Shown here: piece by piece, positions 59,890 to 64,000 of the stretch | Position numbering within the stretch: position 1 is the stretch's first letter | Layout of the letters: the number at the start of each line of letters is the position of its first letter | From: an uncultured Elusimicrobia bacterium | GTDB lineage: Bacteria > Elusimicrobiota > Elusimicrobia > Elusimicrobiales > UBA9959 | Length of the DNA stretch: 64,000 bases | Direction of reading: 5' to 3' | Assembly (NCBI GenBank): GCA_903873295.1 | Contig: CAIQNV010000049.1 | Span: 20,041 to 84,040, forward strand | Program-made: the position numbers and the translations under genes | Notes under the pieces: model-generated | Seen by the model: the letters and a program-made list of their open reading frames with translations, nothing else | What the model was told of the DNA's origin: nothing | Database searches by the model: none

Positions 59890-60766
59890 TTTTTATCTCG
59901 GTCGCGGCCCGGATCGGTCCCAGATACAGCGAGCTGTGGCCGATTATTTCAAGTTCGTCCGCTGTTTCCAGCCCGGTCCGTATCTCGGTTATGAGGAAGC
60001 GCCTGCCGCCGGCTTCTATTATGTCCCGGCGGGGCGCCAGCATGGCGTTCGAGCTTTTTCCCACTAAAAGCACGCCGTTAAATTGTTCGCCTATTTTTAT
60101 GCCGTCCTTGAGGTCCAGCACTTCCAGCCAGAGGCGGTTGATGCGGTCGGAGCCTTTTACGCGCAGGAAATTTACAAGCCTGGTCTCGAACTTGGCGTCG
60201 GGATCCCGCGCGTGCGCCACATTTGCCGTCATGCCCGCGGCCAGCGCGGAATACAGAGGCTCCGTGTTCTTCCCGATTATCACGACCTTTTTCGCCACCG
60301 TGAAAAGGCGGTCGCCCCTGTTGACCCGGGTTCGGGGTTCTATGTAGATATTCGTCACTATGCCCTGCGTTTCCGGCTTGATCTCCGTGTAGCTGTAGAC
60401 GTCCTGCCAGCGGCGCTCCGTCTGCTTGCGCGAGTCTTCCGAAGTGGAGTCCAGCAGCGCCGCCATCTCCGTGGAAACCATGCGCGTCAGCACCGTCTCC
60501 GGGGTGACGAAATTAAAAACTTCCGTCTGCAGCTCCTCTATGCGGCCGTCGAAAGGCGCGAAAATATCATAGGTCTCCTGGGCGGTGGTGATGCCCGTCA
60601 CGGGAGTGTAGACGGCTATGTCGCCGGTCTTTATGCTGCGCTGCGGAAATCCGTCCCAGAAGGTGGTTTTTACATCCCCCGGTTTTGGCGCGGAGACCGG
60701 TCCAGCCGCGCGGCAGGGGCAGGCCAGCAGCAGCAGCGCAGCGGCGTTAAGCAGGCTTCTTTTCAT
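59864..60766 (-). CDS. Periplasmic adaptor (membrane fusion protein, HlyD/RND-MFP-like)
   Basis: Signal peptide; IFAPFDGRIEEL and IKPETQGIV..V..GDRLF lipoyl half-motifs; IRTGLE tail. Confidence 0.55.
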   Translation of the reverse strand: MKRSLLNAAALLLLACPCRAAGPVSAPKPGDVKTTFWDGFPQRSIKTGDIAVYTPVTGITTAQETYDIFAPFDGRIEELQTEVFNFVTPETVLTRMVSTEMAALLDSTSEDSRKQTERRWQDVYSYTEIKPETQGIVTNIYIEPRTRVNRGDRLFTVAKKVVIIGKNTEPLYSALAAGMTANVAHARDPDAKFETRLVNFLRVKGSDRINRLWLEVLDLKDGIKIGEQFNGVLLVGKSSNAMLAPRRDIIEAGGRRFLITEIRTGLETADELEIIGHSSLYLGPIRAATEIKNGKDKETP

Positions 60767-61445
60767 TGTTTTTTGTCCAGGCTTCCCAGGTCCAGGGCAT
60801 TTTCGCGCGGAAGATCTCCGTTATCGCGGCCGCGTACTGCCTTATCTCATGCTGCGCGTGGGAGTCCGCGCGCAGGCTGATAAAGTTCAGCAGGCTGCGG
60901 GCGTTTATGGTCCAGTGGAACTGGGTGTACTGCGCCACGGGGAGCACCATGCGCGCCATCTCCCTGGCGGCGCCGGCCTCAAGCAGCTCGCGATAGGCGG
61001 CGTAGGAAGCCTTTATGGCCTTGTCGTAAACGGCCAGCATTTTTTCCTGCTCAAGCGCGCCGGAGCGAAGAGAGCCCTGGCGGTTTATCTTGTCCTGCAC
61101 CCTGAAGGCTTCGGGGTAGTAGAACTCGTCCTGCACCTCGGTGTACCTGGCCGAAATTTCATTGTAGGAGGCTATGCGGTGGCGCATCCACTGCCTGGCC
61201 ACAAAAATAGGGCACTTGATGTGGAACTGGAAAACGGAGTGCTCGAAGGGGCTGAGGTGGCCGTTGGCCAGCAGGTATTCTATCAGCTTCTTATCCTGCT
61301 CCGTGCCCTTCGAGACCGAGCCGAAAGAGACCCTCGCGGAATCGACGGCGCGCTGGTCGCCCCCCATGAATTCCACAAGCTTCACGAAGCCCTTGTCCAG
61401 CGCCTTATACAAGTCCTGTCCTGTTTGAAATACTGTTTCCGCCAT
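60747..61445 (-). CDS. thyX: FAD-dependent thymidylate synthase
   Basis: HLSPFEH, RQWMRHRIASYNEISARY, REMARMVLP, HAQHEIR. Confidence 0.97.
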   Translation of the reverse strand: MAETVFQTGQDLYKALDKGFVKLVEFMGGDQRAVDSARVSFGSVSKGTEQDKKLIEYLLANGHLSPFEHSVFQFHIKCPIFVARQWMRHRIASYNEISARYTEVQDEFYYPEAFRVQDKINRQGSLRSGALEQEKMLAVYDKAIKASYAAYRELLEAGAAREMARMVLPVAQYTQFHWTINARSLLNFISLRADSHAQHEIRQYAAAITEIFRAKMPWTWEAWTKNNEKKPA

Positions 61446-61529
61446 GCGCCCTCCGCGGCTCGCCCGCCGCCCGCTTTGTTAATATCGAGATAAAATTATA
61501 TACTTTTAAAACCGTTAAGGAAAGCCGCT

Positions 61530-61967
61530 ATGAAACCTGAATTACCCCTTGAAGCCGTAAAGCTCGCGCGCAGCTCCGCCCTGCGCTCCCTTGAAAAAAT
61601 AATGAAAATGCTGCTGGCCCCGGGCGGCTGTCCGTGGGACCGCAGGCAGACCCACTCTACCCTGCTTAAATACCTTCATGAGGAGGCCGGCGAGGTGAGC
61701 CGCGCCGTGCGAAAAAAAGACTGGGCGAACCTTAAAGAGGAGCTCGGCGACGTGCTGCTGCAGGTCGTGTTCCACAGCGCGCTGGCCCGGAGGGCCGGGC
61801 GCTTCGATCTGGGCGACGTGATACGAACCGTGAACGCCAAGATGGTCCGCCGCCACCCCCACGTTTTCGGCGGGGGGAAAAAACTTTCCACCCCGGCCCA
61901 GGTGCTGCGGCAATGGAAGATAATTAAAAAGGCGGAAAAAGCGCCCGCGCGCGCGAAGAGATCTTGA
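61530..61967 (+). CDS. MazG nucleotide pyrophosphohydrolase (single domain)
   Basis: GCPWDRRQT, EEAGEV, EELGDVLLQVVFHS, RRHPHVF. Confidence 0.92.
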   Translation: MKPELPLEAVKLARSSALRSLEKIMKMLLAPGGCPWDRRQTHSTLLKYLHEEAGEVSRAVRKKDWANLKEELGDVLLQVVFHSALARRAGRFDLGDVIRTVNAKMVRRHPHVFGGGKKLSTPAQVLRQWKIIKKAEKAPARAKRS

Positions 61968-63433
61968 ACCCTAAAAAACTTGCGCGCCTTATTTACCCCG
62001 GCTTCAGGTTCGGGGCCACGGACCCGGCCCAGGCTCTTAAGCTGGCGGAGCTGGGGGTAGGCGGTTTTTGTTTCTACGGCGGAAAAGCCGCCGAGGTTTA
62101 TGAAACGGCGCGCCTGCTGCGTTCCGCCTCTGAAACGCCGCTCCTGATAGCTTCAGACTACGAGAACGGCGCGGGCCAGCGGGTTTCCGGCGCCACTGAA
62201 TTGCCTGCCAACATGGCCATCGGGGCCTCGGGCTCCGAGGCGCTGGCCAGGCGCAAGGCCGAGATAACCGCGCTCGAGGCCAGGGCTCTCGGCGTCGACT
62301 GGATTTTCGCCCCTGTTGTGGACCTTGCTTCAAAGCCTTTAAATCCTATAGTGAACGTGCGCGCTTTCGGCGCTGACCCCGGTCTTGTCTCCGCCCTGGC
62401 CGGGGCTTACCTTTCCGGTATAAGTTCGCAGGGCGCGCTCTCTTGTCTTAAGCATTTCCCGGGCCACGGCGGCACCGAAACTGATTCCCACCTGGAGCTG
62501 CCCTCCGTGGGGAAAGACCTGCAGGCCCTGGAGGACGCCGACCTGCGGCCCTTCAGGACCCTTGCGCACAAGGCGGATTCTATAATGGCCGGCCACCTGG
62601 GGCTGCCGGCGCTGGATCCCGCCGATCCCGCTTCGCTTTCAAAGGAGATCTTAACCGGGCTCCTGCGCGGAAAAATGAGATATAACGGAGTGATCCTTAC
62701 CGACGCGCTTGAGATGAAAGCGGTTTCCTCCGACGGACAGGCCGGAGTTAAAGCATTTCTGGCGGGGGCCGACATCCTGCTGGTCCCCGACGATCCCTTC
62801 GCCCTGCGCGAGGCGCTGATACGCGCCTCTAACGACGGGCGTATAACCAGCGCGGCCGTGGACACGGCGCTGGCCAGGCAGGACCTGCTGGCGCGCAGGC
62901 TTTCGCCCTTTCGTCTGTCTCCGCCGGCTTTTGAGACGGTGCGCTGTCCGGAGCACCTGGCTTTCAACTCCGAGGCGGCGCCCGCCTGCCTGGCCTGGGC
63001 TTTCGGCGGGGATAAATTCAGGCTGAGACCCGGGGAGATAGTGGGCTATTTTGAGCCGCTCACCGCCTCCGGAAATTGGAAGGGCGGCGCCTTCGCCGCC
63101 GAGCTTGCCCGCCTCGGCGCGCGCGTGGAGCCTTATCAGCCGCGCTGCGGCATGAAGCTGGCGGCAGGCTGTTTCTCGAAGCCGCGCGCCGGCAGCGGCA
63201 GCATAAACCTCGCCCCTGAGGAGAAGGCGGCGCTCGAAACCGCGATCGCCGGGGCGGCCGATTCCGTAGTGCTGGCTTTCGGCAGTCCTTTTGTCCTAAG
63301 CGGGCTCAGGCCGTCGGCCGGGCTTTGCGCTTTCTGTTCGCTTGCGGAGTTCCAGGAAACCGCGGCGCGCGCGCTTTTCGGCAAGATTAAAGCCGGCGGC
63401 TCGATGCCGGTCTCCATCGAGGCCGGACCATGA
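61964..63433 (+). CDS. GH3 beta-N-acetylhexosaminidase (NagZ-like)
   Basis: DYENG, APVVD, RAFG, KHFPGHGGTETDSH catalytic motif, TDALEM. Confidence 0.9.
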   Translation: MNPKKLARLIYPGFRFGATDPAQALKLAELGVGGFCFYGGKAAEVYETARLLRSASETPLLIASDYENGAGQRVSGATELPANMAIGASGSEALARRKAEITALEARALGVDWIFAPVVDLASKPLNPIVNVRAFGADPGLVSALAGAYLSGISSQGALSCLKHFPGHGGTETDSHLELPSVGKDLQALEDADLRPFRTLAHKADSIMAGHLGLPALDPADPASLSKEILTGLLRGKMRYNGVILTDALEMKAVSSDGQAGVKAFLAGADILLVPDDPFALREALIRASNDGRITSAAVDTALARQDLLARRLSPFRLSPPAFETVRCPEHLAFNSEAAPACLAWAFGGDKFRLRPGEIVGYFEPLTASGNWKGGAFAAELARLGARVEPYQPRCGMKLAAGCFSKPRAGSGSINLAPEEKAALETAIAGAADSVVLAFGSPFVLSGLRPSAGLCAFCSLAEFQETAARALFGKIKAGGSMPVSIEAGP

Positions 63434-64000
63434 ACGAGACGGCAGCTTTTCAGCAGCTCACCGGGCTGGCTCCGCTGGACTACGGTCTGCTCGGGGCCGC
63501 TATTATCGCGCTCTTTGTTATCTCCTATTTTAAGGGCCGGGGTGAAACAGATACGCAGGACTATTTCCTCGGCCGCCGAAAAACCCCGGTCTGGGTGGGG
63601 ACGCTCTCTTTTGTGGCCACGGAAATAAGCGCTATGACCATCGTAGGCGTGCCGCCCATAGGCTTTTCCGAAAACTGGCAGTATCTGCAATTTTTCATCG
63701 GTTCGGCTTCGGCCCGCATACTGGTGGCTTTCTTTTTTATCCCGGCTTTCTACAAGTACAACTGCACCACCATCTATGAATTCCTGAAGCACCGCTTCGG
63801 CGCCGAAACGCAATACGCCGGCTCGGCTTTCTTTTTTGTGACGCGTCTTTTCGCCTCGGGCGTGCGGCTTTACGCGGCCTCGCTGGCCGTGGCGGTCATT
63901 ATGGGCTGGCAGCTGGGCTATACGCTGGCTTTCTTTACGGTTATAAGCATAATTTTCATAGGCTTCGGCGGAATAAAAGCGGTGCTGTGGACGGGCGCTT
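63430..64000 (+). CDS. Sodium:solute symporter family protein (3'-truncated by window edge)
   Basis: ATG 63430 overlapping the GH3 stop; DYFLGRR, SFVATEISAMTIVGVP, TIYEFLKHRFG, FGGIKAVLWT; open to window end. Confidence 0.9.
   Translation, partial: MNETAAFQQLTGLAPLDYGLLGAAIIALFVISYFKGRGETDTQDYFLGRRKTPVWVGTLSFVATEISAMTIVGVPPIGFSENWQYLQFFIGSASARILVAFFFIPAFYKYNCTTIYEFLKHRFGAETQYAGSAFFFVTRLFASGVRLYAASLAVAVIMGWQLGYTLAFFTVISIIFIGFGGIKAVLWTGA

Overview
64-kb window of a GC-rich (high GC3) diderm bacterium. Elusimicrobiota is my inference from the RpsT N-terminus and the PorV/FlgD-CTD giant-protein gene content; it is not verified. Most of the window is housekeeping: lptD-like fragment, SDR epimerase, tdk, pal-cpoB-tolB, menA plus polyprenyl synthase, CDF transporter, hemW, slipin, nusB-ligA-purH-like, glnS-nadK-recN-gltX, pilT-pilC, uvrC, murJ, rpsT, leuS-lptE-holA, ybeY, glgC, thyX and mazG-nagZ-SSS. 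The main accessory system is a ~20-kb co-oriented locus behind a near-consensus sigma70 promoter: exported FecR-domain protein, outer-membrane beta-barrel, a 5444-aa modular surface protein ending in a T9SS/FlgD-like C-terminal domain, and a PorV-family barrel. The N-terminal third of the giant gene is a mosaic of propeller modules joined by near-identical DNA junctions. Other notable signals: a two-copy ~130-nt intergenic element whose stems covary around conserved loops (upstream of glnS and of uvrC); an in-frame TAG in lptE; a stand-alone IS5 N-terminal domain with no DDE domain; degenerate PurH and Cld/HemQ paralogues; and a signal-peptide-bearing small-HSP-like protein. I recognised no rRNA, tRNA or CRISPR array. 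All family calls come from motif recognition by eye, not from database searches.
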